Source: Malacoraja senta
Lineage: Eukaryota
NCBI GenBank assembly: GCA_038087875.1
Contig: CM075977.1
Location: 204,352,001 to 204,416,000 of the forward strand
Reading direction: 5' to 3'
DNA length: 64,000 nucleotides
The notes beneath the pieces are model-generated. The model worked only from the letters and a program-made list of their open reading frames with translations, made no database searches and was not told the DNA's origin. The position numbers and the translations under genes are program-made. This document shows, piece after piece, positions 52,075 to 64,000 of this stretch (positions are counted from its first letter, which is position 1; every line of letters starts with the position of its first letter).

Positions 52075-52690
52075 AGTCAGAGTTACACAGCACAGAAACA
52101 GGCCCTTCAGCCCAACTGGCCCACCCTGAACAAAATGCACCATCTAAGCGAGATTCATTTGCCTGCATTTGGCGCATATCCCTCTAAACCTTTCCTGTCC
52201 ATGTACCTGTCCAAATACCTTTTTAAATATTGCTATTTTAGCTGCCTCAACTACCTCCTATGACAGCTCATTCCATATACCCACCACCCTCTGAGTGGAA
52301 ACGTTGCCTATCAGGTTTTTATTAAATCTATCCATTCTCCCAGTAAACCCATGTCCTCTAGTTCATGATTCCCCTACCCAATAAAGAGACTGTGCATTCA
52401 TTCTAACAATTCCCCTTATGATTTTATACACCTCTATAAGATGACTCCACAGAAAGATTATGCGAACTGCACACATACAGGTCAGGACTGAACTGCTGGA
52501 GTGCTGGAATGATGTGTCAGCAGCAGGATTGTCCTCAGACTCCTGTGCTCCAAGGAATGAAGTCCTAGCCTGCCCAACCCTCCCTATGGTTCAGGCCCTC
52601 GAATTCAACATCCATGTAACTCTGCACTCTTTCCAGCTTAATGATATCTTTCCTATAGCAGGGTGACCAAAACTGAAAAAAATATTCCCA
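52075..52690 (-). mobile_element. Old CR1 3' fragment containing an 85-bp templated insert
   Basis: CR1 3' UTR and C-terminal sequence interrupted at 52448-52532. Confidence 0.75.
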
Positions 52691-53121
52691 AAATTCATAA
52701 AGTAGTTATTTTCTATCACTCCCAAGTAGTCAGCCGGCAACATTTCAACATGTCCCACAACATGTTTTCTCTATTTTAAGAAGCGCTTTACACTACATAG
52801 AACACCAAATAGAACACCTAATGGTCTATTGTAACTCGATTTCAATTTGGTCAAATGGAACATCAGCATTTTGTATTTTACATGCTAAAAATTATTTAAC
52901 TACATTTCAGATATCCCAGATATTTAACAATGATGACTTATTGTGCACATAGTCACTTGCATTACAAATTATTTCTTCCCTGCTTATGTTTTTTGACACA
53001 TTTCTCTTCCAACATGGAAGGTCTATTGCAACTTCCAGAATATCTCCACGAGACCCATTCTCCTACTGATTTCCCTTAACCTATTATTTCTCATGTGCCT
53101 ATCATTTGGGGCAGGTAGAGA

Positions 53122-53433
53122 GGTAGCATAGTAGCGCAGCCGTAGAGTTGCTGCCTTACAGCACTTGCCGCGCCGGAGACCCGGGTTCAATCTCGACTAT
53201 GGGTGCCGTCTGTACGGAGTTTGTACGTTCTTCCCATGACCTGCGTGGGTTTTCTCCGAGATCTTCGGTTTCCTCCCACACTCCAAAGACGTACAGGTTT
53301 GTAGGTTAATTGACTTGGTGTAAATGTAAAAATTGTGCCTAGAGTGTGTAGGATAGTTTTAATGTGTGGGGATTGCTGGTCGATGCGGGCTCGGTGGGCC
53401 TGTTTCCGTGCTGTATCTCTAAACTAAACTAAA
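53122..53433 (+). mobile_element. Full-length V-SINE (tRNA head, V domain, (aaact)n tail)
   Basis: A box tagcgcagccg, B box ggttcaatctc, V domain ggagtttgtacgttct...ggtttcctcccaca. Confidence 0.88.
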
Positions 53434-54887
53434 TTAGTATTATGAAATATATACACAGTGAATGCATTTTAGTTTTTTAGTTATACCCCAAATCTCCAAG
53501 TTGGAATGGCTGTTATCACAACAAGCCAATATTCTTACAATAAGGCAACAATCTTACAATATATTAAGCCAATGAAGTAGTGTTCAACATCTTTACCTCC
53601 CGATTCTCTGGTCATCTCCTGACACTCGCGCAATTTACAGCTGACAATCAACCTTCCAATCAGCTTATCTTTAGCATGTGGGAGGAAACCGGAACACCCA
53701 GGGGGAAACCTGCTGCACAGAAAGATTATGCGAACTGCACACATACAGGTCGGGACTGAACCTGGAGTGCTGGAATGATGTGTCAGCAGCAGCATTGTGC
53801 TGTCTTACCCCATGCTAACCCCTGTCCTGAAACTGATACAACGACATATGATCCTCCGAAGTCATCTCATGAAAGGTTAGCCCTACTGCGAATAGACAGG
53901 TCATTTTAAAGTCCTTCTGCTACGCATTTGGAAGCAGAGAAGTCGTTTCATAATAATATCATCAATTATTAATCCACTAGTATTTCTAGTTCACCCAACA
54001 ACAACCAAGACACCACTGCTCACCTTCCCACACACTACGCTGTAGATCCCATGAATATTACATACTTACGAGTTGCAAAGTAATTTGTTTTAACCTTTTC
54101 AAAAGCCTATATTTAGGTCGAAACACGTGGCAGTACAGAGAGTAACAAGTGTAAGCCTGTTGCTTTTATCACCACCTTTATATTTGTACATTCTGAACAA
54201 AAACATTTACATTTCACACCATCATTGTAAGCTGTGAATAAAACAGACAAAATAATTTCAGGTCTAAATGTAGACTTTCAACTGGTGAATTTCAGAAGTA
54301 TCGTACATAATAATGTAGTATTTTAATAATATGCATTGACAATGAATGCGTTTTAGTGTTTTGGTAATACCTAAAATCTCCAAGTTGGAATGAGGTTGGA
54401 ATGTCTTATCACAAAAAGGCAATATTCTCACAATAAGGCAACGATACAATATATTGAGCCAATGATGTAGTGCTCAGTCTGAAGAAGGGTTTCGGCCCAA
54501 AACTTTGCCTATTTCCTTTGCTCCATAGATGCTGCCGCACCCGCTGAGTTTCTCCAGCACCTTTGTCTACCTAATATTTTTATATAGTAGTTTATGAATT
54601 ATGACAGGCCTTCAATAATAATTGTTTGGCACTATGAAATGTAGTAACTGTTTTAATTACATATACACATATTGGTTAAAGAGCAGAGTGGAAATGCATG
54701 CCAAAATGGTAGCTATTAATAACAATTTTATGTTAGTATAACATCCTTCAATATTGCTACATATCCCAAAGCACTTAATTGTGGCGATTTTCACAAAGTA
54801 TGAAACTTGGACACATTGGAGAAATGGGCCACCATTCTTCCCTTTAGCTGGCAGTTCCATTGAGAGCCAGCGATCTTCATCCCTTTC

Positions 54888-55200
54888 TTTTAGAGAAACA
54901 GAATGGAAACGGGCCATTTAGCCTACAGAATCCACACAGACTATTTATCACCTCTTCAAACTAGTTCTATATTTTTCCAGTTTCCTATCCACTCCATACA
55001 CATGAGGGGCAACTTTACGGAGCCAATTAACCTACAAACGCACACATCTTTGGAATGTGGGAAGAAACGGGAACATCCAGAGGAAACCCGGATCATGGAA
55101 AACATTCAAAGTCCATACATACAGCACCCGAAGTCAGGATCAAACCCATGTCTCTGGCGCTCTGAGGCAGAGGCTCTCCCAGCTACGCCACTGTGCCACC
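54888..55200 (-). mobile_element. V-SINE, older copy
   Basis: Similar to 34906-35225. Confidence 0.7.
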
Positions 55201-55524
55201 CATTCAGCTCCCTTCCAACTTCTTATACTTAAAACCAAAAGTCGGAGATATGCTAGAGAATAGATGTAGGTGCATCCATCCTACAACACTGCCAAACAAC
55301 TCTGTCCTAACGCGGTACTATGGTAAAGGACAGACAAACTGATGAGCTGACTTGGATATGATTCATTCAAACCCTCAAACCGGTTTTGATGTAATTAAGA
55401 AAACAACATTGGGAATATTGGCTGGAAAAGGATAGTGACAGCAGTTCACTTATTCAATTCGTAAACTTGGAGGATCTTTTGCAGACCTCCAGTGCTTTGA
55501 GGTACAAATTGTTGGTGATTATTA

Positions 55525-57389
55525 CATCTAGGAACTTGAAGCTCTTGACCATCTCCACTTCAGCACCATTGATGCTGCCTGGGATGAAGAACACTTAAAT
55601 GCAAGCTAGGTCAAGATATTTGAGTCGTAGAATGAGACAGACTATCCCAGACTGGACTGGAATGATCAAGTCTCAATGCAGCAAAGCAAATTATGAGCAT
55701 TTCAGTTGAGGTATTGGTATAGTTACTGGTTTACGATTGTCAAATATACCGAGATAGTGAGAAACATTGTATTGCATGCCATCCAGTCTGATCATACCAT
55801 GCACATGATCAATCATAACATGAGTACAACAGGTAGCACAACAGAGAAAATAAACAGAGTGCACCATATAGTTTACAGCTAGAGAGAAAATACAGAGATT
55901 GAAAAAAATGCAAGGGCCGCAACGAGATAGACTGAGAGATCGGGAAAACATCGCATACAGGAGGTACAAAATAACGGGGGGGGGGGGGGCCTAATTTTTA
56001 AACTTATGAATCTCCTGCTCAATGGGAGAAGAGAAAGTGTTAAGTGTGGGTCTTGGGTTTTATTTTGTAATGTTAAGACTGTAGAAATGCAATTTCGTTC
56101 AAACCAAGCTGTTTGAATGACAATAAAAGGCATTCTATTCTGACTGTGTCTTGGCCTTGGGTTACTTTAGACAGCATCAATGATGCTGAAGTGGAGATGG
56201 TCTAGAGCTTCATGTTCCTAGGTGTAACTATCACCAACAATTTGTCCTGATCCAACCACATTAACGATATGGCCAAGAAAGCACACTATCATCTCTACTT
56301 CCTTAGAAGACTAAGGAAATTCAGCATATCTCCAATGACTTTTACCAATTTTCACAGATGTACCATAGAAGCATCCTATGCATCATAGCATGGCATGGCA
56401 AGAGCTCTATCCAAGATGAACAGAAACTGCAGAGTTGTGGTGGAATACAGCCCAGTTCATTACACAAACCAGCCTTATACCTCCTCTTTCCTCCTGGCCC
56501 CACTCATCCTCCCCCACCCTTGTCATCAAACTTGTTTTACTGTTGTCCTGTTGAGTTCCTGTCTGTATATTCATTGTCACCTATCCCACAGCCATCAATG
56601 GCCTATTGTGTGCCCCACAGTTCCATGATTATCATTGCTTTTTGCATGTCTTCCATTCATTTCACCCTAGAACGTTCTACATCTCTCGTTATCCCTTTCC
56701 CTGACTTTCAGTCTGAAGAAGGGTCTCAACCGGAAAGTCACCTGTTCCTTTTCTCCAGAGATGCTGCCTGAACCGCTGTTACTCCTGCCTTTTGTGTCTG
56801 TCTTCACGTCAAAATCAATCTGCACTTCACGTTGCCTCGGAAACTATCAACAATCAAAAACTGTTCACAACTCTTTTCCCATTGGGCAGAAAATTCAAAA
56901 GCTTAAAAATGAGTTTTCCTCCCGTTATTTTCAGTCTCTTGAATGTACCTCTTGTATGCAATGTTTTCCCGATCTCTCAGTCTATCTTGTTGCGGCCCTT
57001 GCACTTTTTTCTATCTCTGTATTTTCTCTGTAGCTGTAAATTTCATGGTGCACTCTGTTTATTTTCTCTGTTCCGCAACCTGTTGTACTCATGTTATGAT
57101 TGACCATGTGCATGGTATGATCTGCCTGGATGGCATGCAATACAAAGTTTCTCACTGTATCTCGGTATATTTGACAATCGTAAACCAGTAACCATGCCAA
57201 TACCTCAACTGAAACACTCTGTATTTGCTTTGCTGCATTGAGACTTGATCATTCCAGTCCAGTGTGGGATAATCTGTCTCACTCTACTACACAAATATCT
57301 TGACCTCGCTTGCATTTAAGTGTTGTTCACCCCAGGCAGCATCCCAGATGCTGAAGTAGAGATGGTCAAGAGCTTCAAGTTCCTAGATG
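55525..57389. repeat. Inverted duplication with arms of about 445 bp (55525-55968 and 56944-57389) around a Rex-Babar fragment and a PLE end
   Basis: Arms align end to end as reverse complements; the matching ORF-track entries 55691..55969(-) and 56943..57191(+) reflect this. Confidence 0.9.
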
Positions 57390-57859
57390 CAATAAATTTC
57401 AACCAATTCATTTCACACCACATTAAACTTGAATGTAGCTATATGCATTGGACCCAAACGAATACGGGTCTCAACAAGATTCAACCAGTGGTGCCCAAAT
57501 ACAATCTGTCTACTCAATCTGAGCCTGGCTGAAACCACCCATATTTGTTGCATTTTGAATTGTTTTTCATATTAAACGAAACATTAACTGCAGGTCATGT
57601 TTGCAGAAAACAAAATGGCTACAATTGCTGGAGAACAGCCGTGCAAATACCATAACCTCTGCTGTTAATCAAGAACATGATATCAGTCACCTTCACTTAC
57701 ATTAAACAATGGCTTCCCTTCATAATAAGGTTGGAAATCAGGCTGTTCACTCAGGATGGTCAGTTCAATTCAGAATTCCACAATTAATGAAGCACTTCTT
57801 ATCTGCATTTGAGTTGATAAGGGGCAAGTAAAATTCAAGCCATAAGTGGCAGCCAGTGG

Positions 57860-58760
57860 ATAGTCAGAGTCATACAGCACAGAAACAGACCCTTCAGCCC
57901 ACATTTTCCATGCTGGCCAAGATACCCCATATAAGGTAGTCTCATCCTCTCGTTCCACATGTCCATTATCTGCCAAATATAAAATCAGCCTCTCAGGTTA
58001 ATATGAAATTTTGCCTCTCTCAGCTTAAACCTATAACTTCTGGTTTTGATTCCCCTACCTTGGGTAAAAGACACTGTGCATTTACCCTATCTAATTGCCT
58101 CATCATTTTATACACCTCAATACAATTATCCCTAGCCTCCCCAATATCTCATAGCTCAGCTCCTCAAGTCTTGCCAACATCCTCAGGTATCTTCTCTGCT
58201 CGCTGTCCAGCTTAATGACATCCTTCCTATCAGGGTAACCAAAACTGAATACAGTACTCCATATGTGGCTTCAACAATATTGTACAATTGTAACATAATG
58301 TCTCAACTTCTATACACAATACCTTGATTGATGAAGACCAATGTACCAAAAGCATTCTTTACCACCTATTTACTTGTGACACCACTTTCAGGGATTTGTG
58401 AACCTGCACTCCTAGCCCTTTGTTCTACAGCACTCCCCAGGGTCCTTGATTTTGTGTTAATCTGCATGAAACTCTATTTGCCATTCTTTAACCCACTTGG
58501 CCAGCTGATCAAGATCCTGCTGTAATTTTTTATCATTATTTTCACTGTCTACAATATGACCTACTTCAGTGTCATCTGCAAACTGACTAATTCTCATCCA
58601 AATCATTGATATACATAAAATCAGTATTGGGCCCAGCACTGATTCCCGAGGCAAACCACTTGTCACAGGCCTCCTAAAATCCTTACAACACCACCCACTG
58701 CTTCCTTCCATGATGTCAATTCTATATCCAGTTAGCTAGCTCTTCCTAGATCCCATGCAG
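57860..58760 (-). mobile_element. Old CR1 fragment
   Basis: VTSGLPRESVLGP and FADD motifs. Confidence 0.8.
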
Positions 58761-60779
58761 AACCAAGATGGCACCTAGGTCTATCAGGCAACCGAACCAT
58801 CCTATCACCAAGTAGTGAATGGTCCTGACCTGCCATCTACTTCATTGGAGACCCTTAGACTATCTATAATTGGACTTTCACTAAATGTCAGTTTTATATA
58901 TATATGTGTTTATTTGCTGAAAGTCAACAAAAGTTGTTACACCAGTTGTAGCAAAAATATGTGGAAACACAATAGACTCCAGTAAAGTAACAATTATTTG
59001 AAATAACTTGGAGTTGTCAACATCAGTTTGGATATTACTTTAATAGGTAAACAGTCACAGATTGATAATTTTACACTTGCTAATTACAATCACTCCCTAC
59101 AGAAGACATTGGCCATAATAAAAGCACAACCAGTGGTTAAATAGAAGTGTTAATACCCATGCCTATTCTGGGGCATGTATTTAAACAACCCAATTGGCTG
59201 CTACTTCTTGAAATGTCCATTATTGGTTGTCCCTCCATATTCTTTATATTCTGTCCTTGGAAACTGAAGCATCAAGAGTGACTGGGGAAGGATGTAAACC
59301 TTTTCTAGACTTTCACTCAGTTTTGATGAATATTTGTTTAATATTTTCTATAATCCTCATCCTCAATGAAAATGTGGCAATGTTTGACAATATGATAATA
59401 GATGGTGATTACCACAAATATTCAGAACCAAAAATGTGATTCTCTAATGACACACTTCAATGCCAAATTGGTGATGAAACATCTTAATTCCCCAGTTGAT
59501 CCATATATATCTCACATTGCAATGGAATTCTTAGCATTCATATTCCATGTACAAAGCTTTCAATCATCACCAATCAGCACACTGTGTGAATTCCCTGATG
59601 GTGTCCTCCAGAATAAGATCCTACAATAGTTTACGTTCTAGTTATTTTGTTTCATGGGCTCATAATATAACGGCCAAAGCATTTTTCAATATTGGTATTT
59701 ATTCATTTCATTCTCGGCAAAAAAAACCACATGTTATTCCCAAAGCATTCCAAACTCCAACCCATTTCACTTTCAAATATTTATCAGCTATTATTCAGAG
59801 ATCAACAAATAGAAACCAATTAAACTAACTTTGTCAATAAACAGTTTGACCACGTTGTTTTCCCTCAAATATTATCCAATTGCGTTATCGAAATAGATAC
59901 CTTGATTAGTACAAAATGAGGCATATAAGATTCAATCAAGGATAACATCGACAGGAAACTGGAATAAAATAATTTACTGCCATATCATGCATTTTGTTGC
60001 GCGCCTATTCTGGTAGCATCACATTTATAGTTTGCATTCCTATTGTTGCCCTTTTCAAAACAAAAACACTGTATTGGAGCTCTAAACAGCTAATTTTATG
60101 ATGGTAATCCTGTTTTAAATAAGTTTCGCTCCATACTGCAGATCGCACACGAGTCCCCTGCCTTGGTCAAAGAACATAATACCAAGAACAATTATACACA
60201 GTAACTGCACTATCCACCTGCTGCCACGTGAAACGTTCACAAATGAATACCGTCGCAAAATCAAACAACGATTGTTTTGTTTTATAAATTAAACGCGGAA
60301 ACATCTGGACCTCTGGAAACAAAATTTTTGCAGAGAATCCCGTGTTTCCCGCAGAATAAGGTCCGTAAATATACACACTGGAAGTACAAGGCTTCCCTTT
60401 CGCTCTCAGATAGCCTGCGTCCCCCACACATTATTTGCCGAGGTGGGAATAAACCCAATTGGAGGAACATCCCAAATCAAAATCAACAAACCGCTCGAAT
60501 AGTCATAGAGCATGGAAACAGGCCCTTCAGCCCATCTCGCCCATGCCGAGCAAGATGCCCATTTAAAAAATAGTCCCTAACGCCCGCGGTTGATCCATGT
60601 CCCTCTAAACTTTACCTGCCCATTTGTTGAAACAGCCCCTCAAAATGCTACATCCCCTCACAATAAACTCGTTTAGCAGGTAAAGTGACCAACACTTCGG
60701 CTGGTTTAATTTCTTGTGCAATGCGGGAACCATGCAAAAGATGAGTAATCCGTGCAATTATTAAATGCCGTCAAGGCAT

Positions 60780-61110
60780 CCTGTTAGTTCTAATTTAAAT
60801 CCTGTCTCGCCCGCTACTCGTGAACCGCGGTCTGTAAAGACTTCTCGGAAACAACCTGAACCGAGCTCAGGATGCTTTGGCTGCAAACTCACTTGCAGCG
60901 GTTGAGCAAGGGGTGCCGCGGTGCCGCCCTGCAGGTGGGTTGGGGCAAAGCCAAGCCTGCGGGCGATCCCCACGCGTGTCCCGGCGACTGGCAGCTGCCT
61001 CAGGGTGACCAAGGTGCCCGCTCCCTGGGATTACTCTGCTGCTCCAGGCAGCGCATGCTCAACGCCAACCCGGGGACTGACTGACTCACCCACCCTCCCG
61101 CCCCCAGGTT
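60780..61110 (-). promoter_or_regulatory. CpG-rich candidate ADGRV1 promoter and non-coding exon 1 (candidate donor CAA|gtgagt, exon ending at 60893)
   Basis: GC/CpG-rich patch that I cannot assign to a repeat, upstream of exon 2. Contains a GC box (cccgcccc near 61096-61103), TGACTCA at 61082-61088 and GCGCATGC at 61051-61058. Exon 2 has an acceptor, so an upstream exon must exist. A second possible donor (TGG|gtgagt) lies at 61084-61089. Confidence 0.5.
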
Positions 61111-61394
61111 GTGCTTTCCACTCATCACATAAATGAGAGGAAAGTGAAGAAACCCCGGTGTAATTTAACTAACAAACAATGGTAGACACAAAACGCTGGA
61201 GTAACTCAGCGGGACAGGCAACATCTTTGGAGAGAAGGAATGAGACACTTCTTCAGACTTCTTCAGATTATTATATTGTTTACAGTGTACTATGTTTGCA
61301 TATTCTGTTGTGCTGCTGCAAATAAGAATTTCATTGTTCTTTCTGGAATGTATGGCAATAAAACACTCTCGACTTCGATATGAAGCAGTATCTG

Positions 61395-62441
61395 TAGCAA
61401 TGTTACAACATTTTGAGATTTTAAAAATCAAGTCTGCAATTTATCCCATCAGATAAAGCATAAACAGAGGTTTAATTTGACACCTAATTCACTTTCATAT
61501 CTTCAATATTAAAAAAGTTATGGCCAGTTTCATACTCGGAAATTAGCATCTTGTTCCCTATTGCTTTTCTATTGACTTAACTCAAAAGCTGTGATCGAAG
61601 ACAGTCAAAAGCCCATAACTTTCTTAAAAATTAAGAGAACTGAAAGAAATGTTCAGTTATTATAGATTGAAGCATTCTGAAACAAATATGAAACAATCTT
61701 ACTTGGATGACCTGAAATTAAAGCATATAATTAGTTAGTTACCTAATTGTAGCTAATTACAAAATTCAATTACTAGATCTAAATATCTATCCATTTCTTA
61801 AGAAAAGGTTAACATTTTTAAATAGCCTAAGTGTCCAAATAACATTCACGCAAGAATTCACAATATAACATGATTTTTAAATCTCATTGTCATGAATTTA
61901 TAGGCCAAATGGAAGGAATGTAATGTTTAATTCCCGTAAATTAATGTCCATTTTAATCATCTTGCGAGTGGGTTTTTGTGGAACGCGATCGATTGGAACG
62001 TTGCGGTTGCAGTGAATTTAAACCCCATATCGGCAGGAAAACACTGCCAGTTCGTATGGGGCCAAAATCACATTTTCGCCAAGGAAATGTTGATTAAAGT
62101 CATCCTAAGAAGCAAGTTTATATGTAAAATACACGACTTACATTATGTTTTGTCCCCTACGTGAGATCCGTCCCGTTGTCGGCATTGATGGCGTTAGAAG
62201 TCGCTTTTTTATTTTACACCAGCGATTAAATTGTCCTGCGCTTTAAAAAAGAAACTTCCGAGAACGAAAGTCGGAACGATTTTTCTGCAGCAGTTGGCAG
62301 GATGAGAAAATATATCTCGGACAGGCAGGAGAAAACGGCATTTTAATCCCACCCCCCCCCCCCCTTCAAAGGCGCCAAAGTCGTGCACACGGCAATGGCA
62401 GAACTGCAGCGCCACTGACGGTAAGTATTGTAACATACCTA
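61395..62441. mobile_element. Non-autonomous DNA transposon (14-bp imperfect TIR, 7-8-bp TSD), superfamily unassigned
   Basis: tagcaatgttacaa ... ttgtaacataccta; (a)gtatctg duplicated at 61387-61394 and 62441-62448; splits a PLE 3' tail. Confidence 0.75.
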
Positions 62442-62732
62442 GTATCTGCAGTTCCTTCCTAAATAAACAATGGCAACTGACAGCGGGCTAAACTAACACA
62501 AGAGTCCGTGATTAGGAGCTACTAAATATTTTTGTATATTTCTGACCATTATTTTAATTTTTTATTCAGGGTTAGGGCATCTGCGGCAAGGACATCATTT
62601 AATGACCACCTCTTCCTGCCCATGAGGAGGAGCTTGAGGAGCTGCCTTTTTGAATCAACACTGTCCTTCCGGTGAAGGTATTGGGGGATTTCCAAGATTT
62701 AAGGCCAGAAACAATAAAAGATCAGAGTAAGA

Positions 62733-62894
62733 CAGTGGGACAGGCAGCATATCAGGAGAGAAGGAATGGGTGACGTCTCGACCATAAACGTCACCCATTC
62801 CTTCTCTCCAGAGATGTTGCCTGCTCCGCTGAGTTACTCCAGCATTTTGTGTCTACCTTCGATTTAAGCCAACATCTGCAGTTCTTTCCTACAC
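62733..62894 (+). mobile_element. 162-bp fold-back PLE mini-insertion, 16-bp TSD
   Basis: TSD aaagatcagagtaaga at 62717-62732 and 62895-62910; internal inversion gagaaggaatgggtgacgt...acgtcacccattccttctc. Confidence 0.85.
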
Positions 62895-63217
62895 AAAGAT
62901 CAGAGTAAGATCCCCACCGGACTTTATCTTGCAATAAACGTTATTCCCTTTATCATGTATCTGTACTCCATGGATGGATCGATTGCAATCATGTATTGTC
63001 TTTCCGCTGACTGGTTAGCATGCAACAAAAGCTTTTCATTGTACCTCAGCACGTAACTACAAAATATACCAAATTAAAACTAAACAGAATATTTTCAAGT
63101 CAGTAAAATAAACAAACAGCTGGAAGAACTCAACAAGTCAAGCAGCATCCATGGAGGTAACGGGACAGATGAGATTTTTGGTCGGGTTCCTTCTTCAGAC
63201 ATCTTTTCCAGTAGTTT

Positions 63218-63364
63218 AAGAAGGAACTGCAGATGCTGGAACAATCGAAGGTAGTCAAAAATGCTGGAGAAACTCAGCGGGTGAGGCAGCATCTATGGAG
63301 CGAAGGAATGGGTGACGTTTCGGGTTGAGATCCTTCTTCAGACTGAAGAAACCCTTCTTCAGAC
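63218..63364 (-). mobile_element. PLE-terminus insertion with intact hammerhead core boxes (GUC triplet), nested in an older PLE end
   Basis: TSD ttc(c/t)agtagttt at 63206-63217 and 63365-63376; minus strand reads ctgaagaaggatctcaacccgaaacgtc. Confidence 0.8.
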
Positions 63365-64000
63365 TTCTAGTAGTTTGTTTTTTTTACTCAATATTCCAGT
63401 ATCTTCAGTCTCTCGTGCCTCAATCTTCAAGTCGGTATGGATTTGGAGTTGGAGGGAAGCTTGTAGATGGTGGTGCTCTTGTGTACACAAGAAATTTCTG
63501 TCGAAATTCTGCTATAATATTTAAGTCATGGAATTTTTTTATTTGAAAAATTGCACGGCTCCGTTGCCATATGCAATATAGTTACATATAAAATGAGAAA
63601 CAGAAAATTCTGGAATGTCAGTAGATCAGGCAGTATCTGTAAATAGAGAAACAATATTAATAGAGTCATACACTGTGGAAGCAGGCCCATCAGCCCAACT
63701 TGCCCACACCAACCAACATCTCCCATCTACACTAGTCCCACTTGCCTGCATTTGGCCCATATCCCTCTAAACCTGAACTATCCACATACCTATCTGAATT
63801 ATTCTTAAACATTGTGATAGTCTCTACATCAACTACATCCTCCGGCAGCTCATTCCATACAAACACCACCCTTTGCATGAAAAAGGTACTGTAGATGGTT
63901 TATGCATGCAACCAATAATATAGCTACCTCAGTACCACTAACCACGCCTTAGTTATCAAGTATAAGAACTCTATCTCCCGTGTGCTCCTCCCTTGGTTCC

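Noticed and set aside
53122-53200. tRNA gene
   Set aside because: A/B boxes belong to a SINE head followed by a V domain and tail; no full cloverleaf

Overview
Vertebrate genomic DNA, most likely a cartilaginous fish (skate/ray-like repeat landscape; inference). The window holds the 5' end of ADGRV1 (VLGR1/GPR98, giant adhesion GPCR) on the minus strand. Eleven coding exons (numbered 2-12 by analogy to human) between 46818 and 1473 have canonical GT-AG borders, join in frame into 780 codons (signal peptide plus tandem Calx-beta repeats), and the gene continues beyond position 1. A CpG-rich patch at about 60.8-61.1 kb is the likely promoter and non-coding first exon. The introns are packed with mobile DNA: CR1, L1, Rex-Babar and RTE LINE fragments, V-SINEs, PIF/Harbinger-type non-autonomous transposons, a Helitron-like element and many Penelope-like element (PLE) pieces. 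The most notable non-genic signal is a set of TSD-bounded fold-back PLE insertions of 76 bp to 2.9 kb. They share one architecture (inverted arm plus forward 3' terminus), and the same PLE end carries a minimal hammerhead-ribozyme-like core found about a dozen times in the window. Three assembly gaps are present. Repeat boundaries are approximate unless a TSD or TIR is quoted. Family assignments and human comparisons come from recalled motifs, not database searches.
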